From Candidatus Limnocylindrales bacterium (GTDB lineage: Bacteria; Chloroflexota; Limnocylindria; Limnocylindrales; CSP1-4): a stretch of 64,000 nucleotides of DNA. The stretch covers positions 33,244 through 97,243 of the forward strand of contig DATGGQ010000029.1 of assembly GCA_035308445.1 (NCBI GenBank), in the 5' to 3' direction. A model generated the notes under the pieces. That model was not told the origin of the DNA, ran no database searches, and worked only from the letters and a program-made list of their open reading frames with translations. The position numbers were made by a program, and so were the translations under genes. Positions 26,535-35,868 of this stretch are shown in pieces (positions within the stretch are counted from its first letter, which is position 1; every line of letters starts with the position of its first letter).

Positions 26535-27088
26535 CCGTCGCGGCCCCGCTCACGTACCCGCTGGCCGGGCTGCTGGCCGAGCCATACGGGTCGACCCGCC
26601 GGTACGAGGTCCATGGCGTCACGCTGCGGCTGCCCGATGACCTGCGGCTGGCCTCACCAGTGGAGGGTCGCGTCGACGTCGCCCGGACGAACCGCGGCGT
26701 GCTCGTGCGCGCCAACCTCCGGACGACGATCGAGGGCTCGTGCTCGCGCTGCCTGCGTGATATCGAGGTGCCCATCGATGTCGCCCTCGACGAGGAGGTG
26801 CTGCCGAGCGTCGACCTCGCGACGGGTCTGCCGGTCGACAGCTCGGCCGAGCCCGATGTCGCCCGCCTCAGCGACCATCACGAGCTCGAGCTCGGGCCTC
26901 TCGTCGCCGAGGCCATCTCGCTCGCGGAGCCGATCGCTCCGCTGTGCGAGGCCCTCTGCCCGGGGCTCTGCCCGGACTGCGGCGAGCGCCTCGGACCCGG
27001 CCACCCGGCCCACCCGAACGACGAGATCGACCCGCGGCTCGAAGCCCTCCGGGGCTTCCCGGTCGACGACGACGGCGGGACCGGCTAG
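26531..27088 (+). CDS. yceD: YceD/DUF177 family protein (large ribosomal subunit accumulation)
   Basis: CxxC...CxxC motif (CSRCLRD...CPGLCPDCG); conserved position directly upstream of rpmF. Confidence 0.8.
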   Translation: MTVAAPLTYPLAGLLAEPYGSTRRYEVHGVTLRLPDDLRLASPVEGRVDVARTNRGVLVRANLRTTIEGSCSRCLRDIEVPIDVALDEEVLPSVDLATGLPVDSSAEPDVARLSDHHELELGPLVAEAISLAEPIAPLCEALCPGLCPDCGERLGPGHPAHPNDEIDPRLEALRGFPVDDDGGTG

Positions 27089-27156
27089 ACTCCGCCCTCG
27101 TCTCAAGTTCGCGACCTGCGGGTCGCTGCGTGCGCGCGAGAGGAGCAACACGGCTC

Positions 27157-27360
27157 ATGGGTGTGCCCAAGCGAAAGGTCTCCCACGCTCGCCAGGGAGA
27201 TCGGCGCGCCCACCTCGCGCTGGACCTCCCGCAGCTGGAGGAGTGCCCCCACTGCCACCAGCCGAAGCGAGCTCATCGGGCCTGCCCGAACTGTGGCTAC
27301 TACGGCGGCCGGCCGGTCCTCGAGCTGAAGCCCGCGAAGGAAGAGACCCCGTCCACCTAG
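27157..27360 (+). CDS. rpmF: 50S ribosomal protein L32
   Basis: MGVPKRKVSHARQGDRRAH...CPHCHQPKRAHRACPNCGYY; SD GAGAGGAG. Confidence 0.9.
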   Translation: MGVPKRKVSHARQGDRRAHLALDLPQLEECPHCHQPKRAHRACPNCGYYGGRPVLELKPAKEETPST

Positions 27361-27370
27361 ACTCCCGGAT

Positions 27371-28378
27371 GTGACATCCGAGGAAGCCGGCGCGGCATCG
27401 ATCCGCCTCGCCGTGGACGCGATGGGCGGCGACCACGGAGCCTCCGAGGTGGTCCCCGGCGCCCTCGATCACGCGGCCGCCCACCCCGAGGACAGACTCT
27501 TGCTCGTCGGCGACGAGGCCCGCATCCGCGAGCTCGCGCCGAGGCTCCCGGCCAACGTCTCGATCGTCCAGGCGTCGGAGGTCGTCGGCATGGACGAGCA
27601 CCCCGCGACCGCGGTCCGGCGGAAGCGCGACTCGTCGATCGTCGTCGCCTGCCAGCTCGTCCATCGCGGCGAGGCGGACGCCGTTGTCACCGCCGGACAT
27701 ACCGGCGCCGCGGTCGCCGCCGCGCTCTTCTCGATCGGCCGGCTGCCCGGGGTCGACCGGCCCGCACTCGCCGTCCAGATCGTCCGGCGCGGGACCCCAT
27801 TCGTGCTCCTCGACATCGGGGCGAACACGGACTCGACGCCCGAGAACCTCGCCCAATACGCGCGGATGGGCTCGATCTTCGCCGAGCAGGTCGTCGGCGT
27901 CCCGAACCCGCGCGTCGCGCTGCTCTCGATCGGCGAGGAGAAGGGCAAGGGCGACCAGCGGATCCAGCGGGCCACGGAGCTCCTCGACGAGTCGGGTCTC
28001 CGGTTCGTCGGGAACGTCGAGGGCAAGGACCTGCCGGGCGACATCGCCGATGTCGTGGTCACCGACGCCGTGGCCGGGAACGTCGTCGTGAAGTTCTTCG
28101 AGGGCCTGTCGCGCTTCATCTTCGATCTCTGGGCGGATGAGTTCCGGGGCTCGTGGCGCGGCCGCCTCGCGTACCTCCTCATGCGGCCCGGCATCGGCCG
28201 GATCCGGGCGGTGTTCGACTACGAGACGGCCGGCGGCTCGCCGCTCCTCGGCGTGAACAAGACCGTGATCATCACCCACGGCCGGGCCCGCCGGCGGATG
28301 ATCGGCTTCGCCTGCGCGGTCGCGGCCCAGACGGCCCGAACGCGCGTCCCGGAGCGGATCGCCGAGGCGCTCGGATGA
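27371..28378 (+). CDS. plsX: Phosphate acyltransferase PlsX
   Basis: AVDAMGGDHG...VVTAGHTGA...GNVEG. Confidence 0.9.
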   Translation: MTSEEAGAASIRLAVDAMGGDHGASEVVPGALDHAAAHPEDRLLLVGDEARIRELAPRLPANVSIVQASEVVGMDEHPATAVRRKRDSSIVVACQLVHRGEADAVVTAGHTGAAVAAALFSIGRLPGVDRPALAVQIVRRGTPFVLLDIGANTDSTPENLAQYARMGSIFAEQVVGVPNPRVALLSIGEEKGKGDQRIQRATELLDESGLRFVGNVEGKDLPGDIADVVVTDAVAGNVVVKFFEGLSRFIFDLWADEFRGSWRGRLAYLLMRPGIGRIRAVFDYETAGGSPLLGVNKTVIITHGRARRRMIGFACAVAAQTARTRVPERIAEALG

Positions 28379-28689
28379 CCGGCGGGCCGGACCTGACCGT
28401 CGACCGGCGGGTGATCGTCGAGGTCGCGCGTCAAGCGGCCCTCGAGGTGCCCGAGGTGCTCCGGATCGGACGAGGCGGCTCGGCGGTCCGTCGGCGCCTG
28501 TCCGGCGCGCCGATCAGCGTGAAGGTCCGGGATCGCGTCGTCGACGTCCGCGTCTGGCTGATCGCTCGCCCCGGCGCGGACCTCGTCGCCACGTCGGAGC
28601 GGGTCCGGACGACGGTCGGCGCGGCGATGGAGCGGCTCCTCGGCCTGCAGCTCGGCACGGTCACCGTCTACGTCGATGGCGTCGGGTAG
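28375..28689 (+). CDS. Second Asp23/Gls24 family protein, YqhY-like position before nusB
   Basis: Asp23 fold (VIVEVARQAALEVPEV...VTVYVDGV); ATGA-coupled to plsX. The track ORF 28153 start is upstream read-through. Confidence 0.7.
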   Translation: MTGGPDLTVDRRVIVEVARQAALEVPEVLRIGRGGSAVRRRLSGAPISVKVRDRVVDVRVWLIARPGADLVATSERVRTTVGAAMERLLGLQLGTVTVYVDGVG

Positions 28690-29203
28690 GTCGGCCTCCG
28701 ACCGGATCCGGTCGCTGCGGGCCGGTCGGCGGGTCGCCCTCGCCGCCGTGTACGAGGCCGAGTTCGGGCAACGGACCGCCTCGGCGATCCTCGAGCGGCA
28801 GCTGGCCGAGACCGAGGGCGACCCCGCGGCGGCCGAGCTGGCCCGCGAGATCGTCGGGATCGTCGTCGCGAATCGAGACCGCATCGACACCCGAATCGAG
28901 GCCGCGGCGCCCCAGTTCCCGGTCGTCCAGCTGGCTCGAATCGACCGCGCCCTCCTCCGATGTGGGGTAGGTGAGGTGCTACACTCCCGCACGCCGGCCC
29001 GGGTGGCGATCGCCGAGTGGGTCGAACTGGCACGGACCTACAGTGGGGACCCGATGCGGCGCCTCATGAACGGCGTCCTCGGGACCATCTCGCGAGAGAC
29101 CTCAGGCGTCCCGGAATCGACACCCAGCTCCGAGGAGGGAGTCAGTGGCCACGACCTACGACAGGCTCAAGAAGATCGTCGTCGAGCAGCTCGGCGTCGA
29201 TGA
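28676..29203 (+). CDS. nusB: Transcription antitermination factor NusB, apparent C-terminal read-through into acpP
   Basis: [11 protein letters not shown]...[15 protein letters not shown]...[10 protein letters not shown]. The first stop lies 59 nt inside acpP in another frame. Confidence 0.7.
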   Translation: MASGRSASDRIRSLRAGRRVALAAVYEAEFGQRTASAILERQLAETEGDPAAAELAREIVGIVVANRDRIDTRIEAAAPQFPVVQLARIDRALLRCGVGEVLHSRTPARVAIAEWVELARTYSGDPMRRLMNGVLGTISRETSGVPESTPSSEEGVSGHDLRQAQEDRRRAARRR

Positions 29204-29381
29204 GGACGAGGTCAAGCCCGAGGCCTCGTTCGTCGACGACCTGAACGCCGACTCGCTCGACCTCGTCGAGCTGATCATGAGCCTCGAGGAAGAGTTCCAG
29301 ACCGAGATCTCCGACGAGGACGCCGAGAAGATCCGGACCGTGGGCGACGCCGTCGAATACATCGACGAGCGGACGAGCTGA
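29145..29381 (+). CDS. acpP: Acyl carrier protein
   Basis: [14 protein letters not shown] (phosphopantetheine site); GTG preceded by GGAGGGAG. Confidence 0.9.
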   Translation: MATTYDRLKKIVVEQLGVDEDEVKPEASFVDDLNADSLDLVELIMSLEEEFQTEISDEDAEKIRTVGDAVEYIDERTS

Positions 29382-29420
29382 GGCGCCCACCTCAGCCAGC
29401 CTGCCGACCTCCCCGAGCGC

Positions 29421-30197
29421 GTGGACCGGGCCGAGCTCCTCGCCGAGCGGCTCGGCCTCCCGATCCGGGACCATCGTCTCCTCGCCCAGGCCCTGACCCA
29501 CACCTCCTGGTTGCACGAGCATCCCGGCGAGGTGGCCGGGCACAACGAACGGCTCGAGTTCCTCGGTGATGCCGTCGTGAACCTCGCGATCAGCCAGGCC
29601 CTCTTCGAGCGCCACCCCGACGATGACGAGGGGCTGCTGTCCGTGCGTCGCGCCGCGATCGTCAGCTCGGTCGGGCTGGCGGCCCTGGCCGAGCGGATCG
29701 GGCTCGGTGACGACCTCGCGATCGGCGAGGGCGAGCTCCAGCGAGACGGCCGGCACCGACCGTCGATCCTCGCCTCAACGTTCGAGGCGGTCGCCGGAGC
29801 GCTGGCCCTCGACCTTGGCTGGGAGCCGACCCGGGCCTGGATCGTCCGTGTCGCGTCGCCCGAGATCGACGCAGGCCTGCCGCCCGACGACCTGAAGAGC
29901 CCGAAGAGCCGGCTCCAGGAGGAGACGCAGAAGGCCCTCGGGGAGCGCCCCGAGTACCGGCTCCTGGAGGCGGTCGGTCCCGATCACGAGAAGGTCTTCC
30001 GGGTCGAGGTCGTCGTGGGCGACGAGGTCCTGGGCATGGGCGTCGGCGGCTCTCGCCGGCTGGCCGAGACCGCGGCCGCAGCGGAGGCCGTTGAGGTTCT
30101 CGCGGCGCGGAGCGCAGAGGACGAGCCGGTGCTCGCCGAACCGGCGCTCGCCGAGCCGACGCTCGCCGAGCAGGCCCCGAGCGGTGGTGACCGATGA
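29421..30197 (+). CDS. rnc: Ribonuclease III
   Basis: Catalytic signature ERLEFLGDAV; C-terminal dsRBD. Confidence 0.9.
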   Translation: MDRAELLAERLGLPIRDHRLLAQALTHTSWLHEHPGEVAGHNERLEFLGDAVVNLAISQALFERHPDDDEGLLSVRRAAIVSSVGLAALAERIGLGDDLAIGEGELQRDGRHRPSILASTFEAVAGALALDLGWEPTRAWIVRVASPEIDAGLPPDDLKSPKSRLQEETQKALGERPEYRLLEAVGPDHEKVFRVEVVVGDEVLGMGVGGSRRLAETAAAAEAVEVLAARSAEDEPVLAEPALAEPTLAEQAPSGGDR

Positions 30198-33100
30198 ACG
30201 GCGCGTCGCGGCTGCTGTCGGTCCGGCTCCAGGGCTTCAAGTCGTTCGCCGAGCGGACCCACGTCGAGTTCGGGCCCGGCATCAGCGCGGTCGTCGGCCC
30301 GAACGGCTCGGGCAAGAGCAACCTCGCCGACGCGCTGCGCTGGGCGCTCGGCGAGCAGGGCCGCGCGCTCCGCTCGCGAAAGGCCGAGGACGTGATCTGG
30401 GCCGGGTCGGAGGGTCGCGCCGCCCTCGGCATGGCCGACGTCCAGCTCGTGGTCGACAACGCCGACGGGCTCTTGCCGATCGAGTACGGGGTGGTGGAGC
30501 TCGGCCGCCGCCTGTACCGCTCGGGCGAGAACGACTACCTGCTCAACCGTCAACGGATCCGGCTGCGCGACCTCGTCGACCTGCTCGACGCCGCCCATCT
30601 CGCCGACAACGCGTTCCTGTTCATCGGCCAGGGGATGGTCGATCAGGCCCTGGCGCTCCGGCCCGAGGAGCGTCGGCCGCTCTTCGAGGAGGTGGCCGGG
30701 GTCCGGCGCCACGAGCGCCGGCGGCGGCGCGCTGAGGAGCAGCTCGCCGAGTCGGAGGCGAACCTCGCCCGCGTCGAGGACATCCTCGGCGAGCTTCGGC
30801 CGCAGGTCCGCCGGCTCGCGGCGCAGGCCGAGCAGCAGGCGTCGCGGCGCAGCGCCGGGGACGAGCTGGCCGAGACGGTGCTGGCCCTGAGCCAGGCCCG
30901 GTGGCACGCCGCCGGGGCGCGAATCGTCGCTGCCGAACGGGCCGATGCCACGACGCGCCGGGCGCTGGCCGACGCGATGGGCGAGCTCGAGGCCCGCGAG
31001 GCTGCCGTGGGCGCCGTCGCGGCCGAGCTCGCCGGACGGAGCGCGGCGGAGGCGGAGCGACGGGTGGCGCTCGATGCCGCCACGCGGGCCCGGACCGAGG
31101 TGCGCATCCGCGTCGGCTCGATCGGGTCCGAGCTGGCGGCAATCGCCCGAGAGGTGGAGCGGCTCGGCGTGGAGCGCCCGGCACTCGAGGCGGAGCTGGC
31201 TCGGGCGGCGGCGATCATCTCCCGCGCTCCCGTCGAGACCGATCCGGGGCTCGAGGCCGACCTCGATCGCGCCGAAGCCGAGCTGGCGGAGGCGGTCGGC
31301 CAGCCGGCCGGCGCCGACCGGGGCGTCGGGGCGGCCGACGACGCCGTGATCCGTCGCCTGGAGGCGGCTCGCCGATCGGAGGTCGACGCGGCGCGGCGAC
31401 GACTGGGCGATGCCCAACGAACGGCGGCCGCGGAGGCCACGCGCGCGGCCGGGGCCGATGCGCTCGGCGTCTCGGCCCGCGCCGAGGCTGCGGCCACGGC
31501 TGCGACCGTCGGGGCGGCGTCGGCCGACCTCGCGGCGGCTCGCGCCCGGCGTCAGGCGCTGGAACGCGAAGCCTCGGAGCTCACGGCGGCCCGTGCTACC
31601 GCCGATCGGACCGCGGTCGCCGACCAATCGGCGATCGCCGCGACGCGGGGTCGCCTCGCGGCCGCGGAGCAGACCGTCGCCGCCGTCGAAGGTGACGCCT
31701 TCGTCACCGCCGCGCTGGCCCGCGGCGGCCGTCGCCTCGATGCCGAGATCGTCGTCGAGCCGGACCTGCGCCTGGCCGTCCGGGCCGCGCTCGCCGGCCT
31801 CGGACGCGCGGTCGTGGTTTCGAGGTCGCAGGTCGCCGGCCTCGCCCGCGAGCGAGGCTCGGCCATCGTCGAGGAGGCGGTGGCGCGACCGGTCGGGGGA
31901 TCGGGGCACGAGACCGCCGACGTGGATGCGTTCCTGACCGCAGTCAGCGCCCGGGGCGGCGGTCGGCTCGCCGACGCCATCCGACGCGACGATCGCGGCG
32001 CCGCTCGGCGCCTGCTGGCGCGGGTCGCCTGGATTCCGGAGCTCGCCGACGGCCTGGCGCTGCAGGCCGAGCTGCCGCCGGGTTGGCTCCTCGTGACGCG
32101 GGACGGGCATGGCATCGTGGCGGACGTCGTGGTCCGGCTCGGCGCGTCGGACGAGGCCGCGGACGCCCGGGCAGAGGTCGAGCGACTCCGGACGCAGCTG
32201 CGAGCGGCGACCGCGGCGGCCGAAGCGACGCGCTCCGCCGCCTCGGCGGCGGCGGCGACGCTCACCCAGCGCATCGCGCAGCTCGACGAGGCCAGACTGG
32301 CCGAAGCCGCGGCGGCCGGCGCGCAACGGCGCGCCGAGGAGGTGGCGCGCGTGGCCGCCGCGCGAGCCGAGGCGGCGGCTCGCGAGGCCGCCTGGCTGAC
32401 CGCCCAGTCGAATCGCCTGGCGGCGGAGGTCGAACGCCTGCACGCGTCGCTCGCGGAGCTCGAGCCGGCGTCGGCGGCCGAGGCGTCGGCGGCCGAGGTG
32501 GGAACGGCGGCCGACAGATCGGGCCGCGGCACACCGACGTCGGGACCCGCACCGTCGACGCGCAACCGCGTTGCGGCGCTTCGAGCCACTCGCGACCGGC
32601 TGGCCGCGCTCGTCGGCGAGGGGGAGGCCCGGCGCAGAGCCGCGGAGCGAGAGCTTGCCGCGGCGGAAGCCTCGATCGCGCTCGGTCGCTCCCGGCTGCT
32701 GACCATCGAGGCGACGGCGGTCGAGGTTGCCGAGCGTGAAGCCCGCCTCGAGCTCGAGCGGACCCAGGCCGAGCACGAGCTCGCTGCGGCCGTCGCGCTC
32801 GAGGGCGAGGCCCGCCTGGCGCTCGACGAGCTCATCCGGCAGGATGCGGCCGATCGGGAGCGCCTCGCCGAGGCGGAGCGGGACGCCGGCCGGGCACGCG
32901 AGGCGGTCGCCGCGGCCCAGGCGGCCGCCCAGGCCAGCGAGCGCGAGTCGCTCGAGGCTCGGCTCGGGCTCGAGGCGATCCGAGAGCAGGCGCTCGTCGA
33001 GCTCGCCGGGCTCGGGCCTCTCGGACTCCATCACCTCCGGCTCGCGGCCGGCCTCGCCGAAGCCATCGCCCCCGACGAGGATGTCGACGAGGCGCAGCTG

Positions 33101-33910
33101 GCCGAGGCCCTCGATGCGGCGGCGAGGGCCTGGCTGGCGAACGAGCCACCGGACGCCCCGACCCCGTCGCGCCTCGGGACCCTCCGAAGGCGGTTCCACG
33201 AGCTGGGCGCCGGTAACCCGTTCGCCCAGGAGGAATACGGCGAGGTCAAGGCCCGCCTCGACGGCCTCGAGACCCAGCGGTCCGACCTCCAGGGCGCGCT
33301 CGACCGCACGCGGACCCTGATCGTCGAGCTTGACCAGCTCATCACGACGCAGTTCCGGACGACCTTCGCGTCGCTCGAACGGGCCTTCGAAGGGCGCTTC
33401 CGCCAGCTGTTCGGTGGCGGCTACGCGAAGCTCTCGCTCACGGACCCGGCCGACCTGTCAGCAACGGGCGTCGAGATCGTCGCCCGGCCACCAGGCAAGA
33501 AGCCCCAGCCACTGGCCATGCTGTCGGGCGGCGAGCGGGCGCTGACGGCGGTCGCGCTCCTCTTCGCGATGCTGGAGGTCCGGCCCGTCCCGTTCTGCGT
33601 CCTCGACGAGGTCGACGCGGCGCTCGACGAGGCGAACATCGGCCGGTTCACCGACGCGCTCCGGGAGCTGTCCGCGCGGACGCAGTGCATCGTGATCACG
33701 CACAACCGCGGCACGATCGAGGTCGCCGACGCGCTGTACGGCGTCACCGTCGGCGAGGACTCGGTGAGCCGGGTCATCAGCCTCCGGCTGGAGGAGGCGG
33801 CCGGCATCGCCGAAAGGGTGGCGGCCGGCGCCGTCGCACATCAGGCTGCCGGAACGGCGATCGAGGCCGAGCCGGGGATCGAAGCCGAGCCGAGCCAGGT
33901 CGCGGGTTGA
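30194..33910 (+). CDS. smc: Chromosome segregation protein SMC
   Basis: N-terminal Walker A GPNGSGKSN; long Ala/Glu/Arg coiled coils; C-terminal LSGGERALTAVALLFA...LDEVDAALD. Confidence 0.9.
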   Translation: MNGASRLLSVRLQGFKSFAERTHVEFGPGISAVVGPNGSGKSNLADALRWALGEQGRALRSRKAEDVIWAGSEGRAALGMADVQLVVDNADGLLPIEYGVVELGRRLYRSGENDYLLNRQRIRLRDLVDLLDAAHLADNAFLFIGQGMVDQALALRPEERRPLFEEVAGVRRHERRRRRAEEQLAESEANLARVEDILGELRPQVRRLAAQAEQQASRRSAGDELAETVLALSQARWHAAGARIVAAERADATTRRALADAMGELEAREAAVGAVAAELAGRSAAEAERRVALDAATRARTEVRIRVGSIGSELAAIAREVERLGVERPALEAELARAAAIISRAPVETDPGLEADLDRAEAELAEAVGQPAGADRGVGAADDAVIRRLEAARRSEVDAARRRLGDAQRTAAAEATRAAGADALGVSARAEAAATAATVGAASADLAAARARRQALEREASELTAARATADRTAVADQSAIAATRGRLAAAEQTVAAVEGDAFVTAALARGGRRLDAEIVVEPDLRLAVRAALAGLGRAVVVSRSQVAGLARERGSAIVEEAVARPVGGSGHETADVDAFLTAVSARGGGRLADAIRRDDRGAARRLLARVAWIPELADGLALQAELPPGWLLVTRDGHGIVADVVVRLGASDEAADARAEVERLRTQLRAATAAAEATRSAASAAAATLTQRIAQLDEARLAEAAAAGAQRRAEEVARVAAARAEAAAREAAWLTAQSNRLAAEVERLHASLAELEPASAAEASAAEVGTAADRSGRGTPTSGPAPSTRNRVAALRATRDRLAALVGEGEARRRAAERELAAAEASIALGRSRLLTIEATAVEVAEREARLELERTQAEHELAAAVALEGEARLALDELIRQDAADRERLAEAERDAGRAREAVAAAQAAAQASERESLEARLGLEAIREQALVELAGLGPLGLHHLRLAAGLAEAIAPDEDVDEAQLAEALDAAARAWLANEPPDAPTPSRLGTLRRRFHELGAGNPFAQEEYGEVKARLDGLETQRSDLQGALDRTRTLIVELDQLITTQFRTTFASLERAFEGRFRQLFGGGYAKLSLTDPADLSATGVEIVARPPGKKPQPLAMLSGGERALTAVALLFAMLEVRPVPFCVLDEVDAALDEANIGRFTDALRELSARTQCIVITHNRGTIEVADALYGVTVGEDSVSRVISLRLEEAAGIAERVAAGAVAHQAAGTAIEAEPGIEAEPSQVAG

Positions 33911-33975
33911 CCCGAGATCCAACCGAGTCGACGGCGAGCCTCGAGCCCGGCGTCGAACGAAGCCGGGGCGGCTTC

Positions 33976-34848
33976 ATGGCCCGGATCCGCGGGCTCCTGG
34001 GCGGGGGCTCGATCTCGGCCGAGACCTGGGAGGACGTCGAGGAGGCGCTGGTCGCCGGGGACGTCGGGGCGGGTCTGGCCGCCGAGGTCGTCGACCGAGC
34101 CCGCGCCCGTCGGGACGCCCCGTCGGCGACGGCCGCGGTCGAGGCGGAGCTGCGGGCCGTCCTCGAAGGCCCGGACACGCCGTCGGCAGCCACCGGGTCG
34201 GACGCGCTCGCGACAACGGCGACGCCGCGCGTCATCCTCGTCGTCGGGGTGAACGGCACGGGCAAGACCACGACGATCGGCAAGCTGGCCCATGCGGAGC
34301 ACGTCGCCGGCAGGCGCGTGATCCTCGCGGCCGCCGACACGTTCCGAGCGGCGGCCATCGAGCAGCTCCGGATCTGGGCGGAGCGAACGGGCGCGGAGGT
34401 CGTCGCCCATGCCCCCGGCGCCGACCCGGGCGCCGTCGTGTTCGACGCCCTCGACGCGGCGGTCGCGCGCGGCGCGAACACCGTCATCGTCGACACGGCC
34501 GGCCGACTGCACACGAAGTCGAACCTGATGGACGAGCTCGCGAAGATCCGCCGCGTCGTCGATCGCCGAATCCCTGGAGCGCGGCCGGAGACCCTGTTCG
34601 TCCTCGACGCGACGACCGGCCAGAACGGCCTCGCCCAGGCCGTCGCCTTCCACGACGCGGTGGGCCTGACCGGCATCGTCCTGACGAAGCTCGACTCGAC
34701 GGCCCGCGGCGGGATCGTCTTCGCGATCGCCGAGCGGCTCGGGGTGCCGGTCCGGTACGTCGGGGTCGGGGAGCGGGCCGAGGACCTCGCGCCGTTCGAT
34801 CCCGCCGCCTTCGTCGCCGCGCTCTTCGCGGAGCGACCGGCGGCGTGA
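33976..34848 (+). CDS. ftsY: Signal recognition particle receptor FtsY (short form, NG domain only)
   Basis: GVNGTGKTT, DTAGR, TKLDSTARGG. The track ORF 33685 start is read-through over the smc 3' end. Confidence 0.9.
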   Translation: MARIRGLLGGGSISAETWEDVEEALVAGDVGAGLAAEVVDRARARRDAPSATAAVEAELRAVLEGPDTPSAATGSDALATTATPRVILVVGVNGTGKTTTIGKLAHAEHVAGRRVILAAADTFRAAAIEQLRIWAERTGAEVVAHAPGADPGAVVFDALDAAVARGANTVIVDTAGRLHTKSNLMDELAKIRRVVDRRIPGARPETLFVLDATTGQNGLAQAVAFHDAVGLTGIVLTKLDSTARGGIVFAIAERLGVPVRYVGVGERAEDLAPFDPAAFVAALFAERPAA

Positions 34849-35741
34849 GGCGGTCGCCGGCCGGCGCCGCCGCGGTCGTCCTCGGGGCGCTGCTGAGCCT
34901 CGCGCTGGCCGGCTGTCTCGGCGGGACACCGTCCGCGACCCCGGTCGGGTCGCTGGACGTCGGTCCGACCCCGACCGTCACCGTCTACACGCCGGGCACG
35001 AGTGGCTGGATCGAGGGCTTCGTCGTGACGCTCAATCGGGCGACCGCGACGCTGGACGCGAAGGGTGGCCCGGTCGACGTCATCCTCACCTTCGAGAACA
35101 CCGGCACCGACGACGCGACCCCCGACTCGCCGATCCAGCTCACGTCCGGGGCGGCGACGTTCGACGTCCCGCACGAGGTCGACATGCCCGACATCGCGGC
35201 CGGCGGCTTCGCCGAGGTGCGGCTCGAGTTCCAGGTCCTCGGCCAGGCCTCGATCGACGACGGTGTCCTGCAGATCGGCCGCATCTCCGACCACGACATC
35301 GCCCTGCCGCTCGTTCCGGATCCGGCCCGGACCGTGACGCTGCAGCCCGTCGAGACCGACATCGCCGGCGCCGGGCGCGGCGGCAGCTTCCGGACGACGC
35401 TCCACCACGTCGAGATCCGTTGGGACCTGCCCGACTACCACGACGAACTGCCGCTCGGGACGGAGGCGCTGACGATCACGTACGACGTCACGAACCTCGG
35501 CGGGTTCGCCGGCGGCGCGCCCTTCACCGCCGACAACGTCCAGCTCCGGCTGCCCGACGGGACCCTGCTGTCACCACGCCAGGACGGCCACAGCCAGACG
35601 ATCGTGCTCATCGGTGCCGGCAAGACGGCGAACGGCATCTTGTCGCGGTTCGAGATCCCGAACGGGACGACGGGTAGGCTCGCCCTCGTCGTCACCGCCG
35701 GGACCACCGCCAAGGCGCTGCCGTTCACGATCGGGCCGTAA
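34845..35741 (+). CDS. Predicted lipoprotein (lipobox LAGC) with two tandem beta-rich domains
   Basis: Signal peptide plus LAGC|LGG; two weakly similar halves; inserted between ftsY and ffh; GTGA-coupled to ftsY. Confidence 0.6.
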   Translation: MRRSPAGAAAVVLGALLSLALAGCLGGTPSATPVGSLDVGPTPTVTVYTPGTSGWIEGFVVTLNRATATLDAKGGPVDVILTFENTGTDDATPDSPIQLTSGAATFDVPHEVDMPDIAAGGFAEVRLEFQVLGQASIDDGVLQIGRISDHDIALPLVPDPARTVTLQPVETDIAGAGRGGSFRTTLHHVEIRWDLPDYHDELPLGTEALTITYDVTNLGGFAGGAPFTADNVQLRLPDGTLLSPRQDGHSQTIVLIGAGKTANGILSRFEIPNGTTGRLALVVTAGTTAKALPFTIGP

Positions 35742-35778
35742 GTTCGGCTCCGCATGGTCGCTCGGCGAGGTGCCGGGC

Positions 35779-35784
35779 TACACT
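35779..35784 (+). promoter_or_regulatory. Putative -10 box TACACT upstream of ffh
   Basis: GGGCTACACTGCCCC; motif family member. Confidence 0.25.
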
Positions 35785-35868
35785 GCCCCGGCCGATTGCG
35801 CCAGAACCCGCGCATGGCCGCGACGCGACGCGTCGCCAGTCATCGGGTCGAGGAGTCTGTCCTTCCAC

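Noticed and set aside
29984-33199. 1071-aa minus ORF antisense to smc, and the many 100-400-aa ORFs nested in smc
   Set aside because: Same artefact. smc has Walker A/B and hinge signatures on the + strand.
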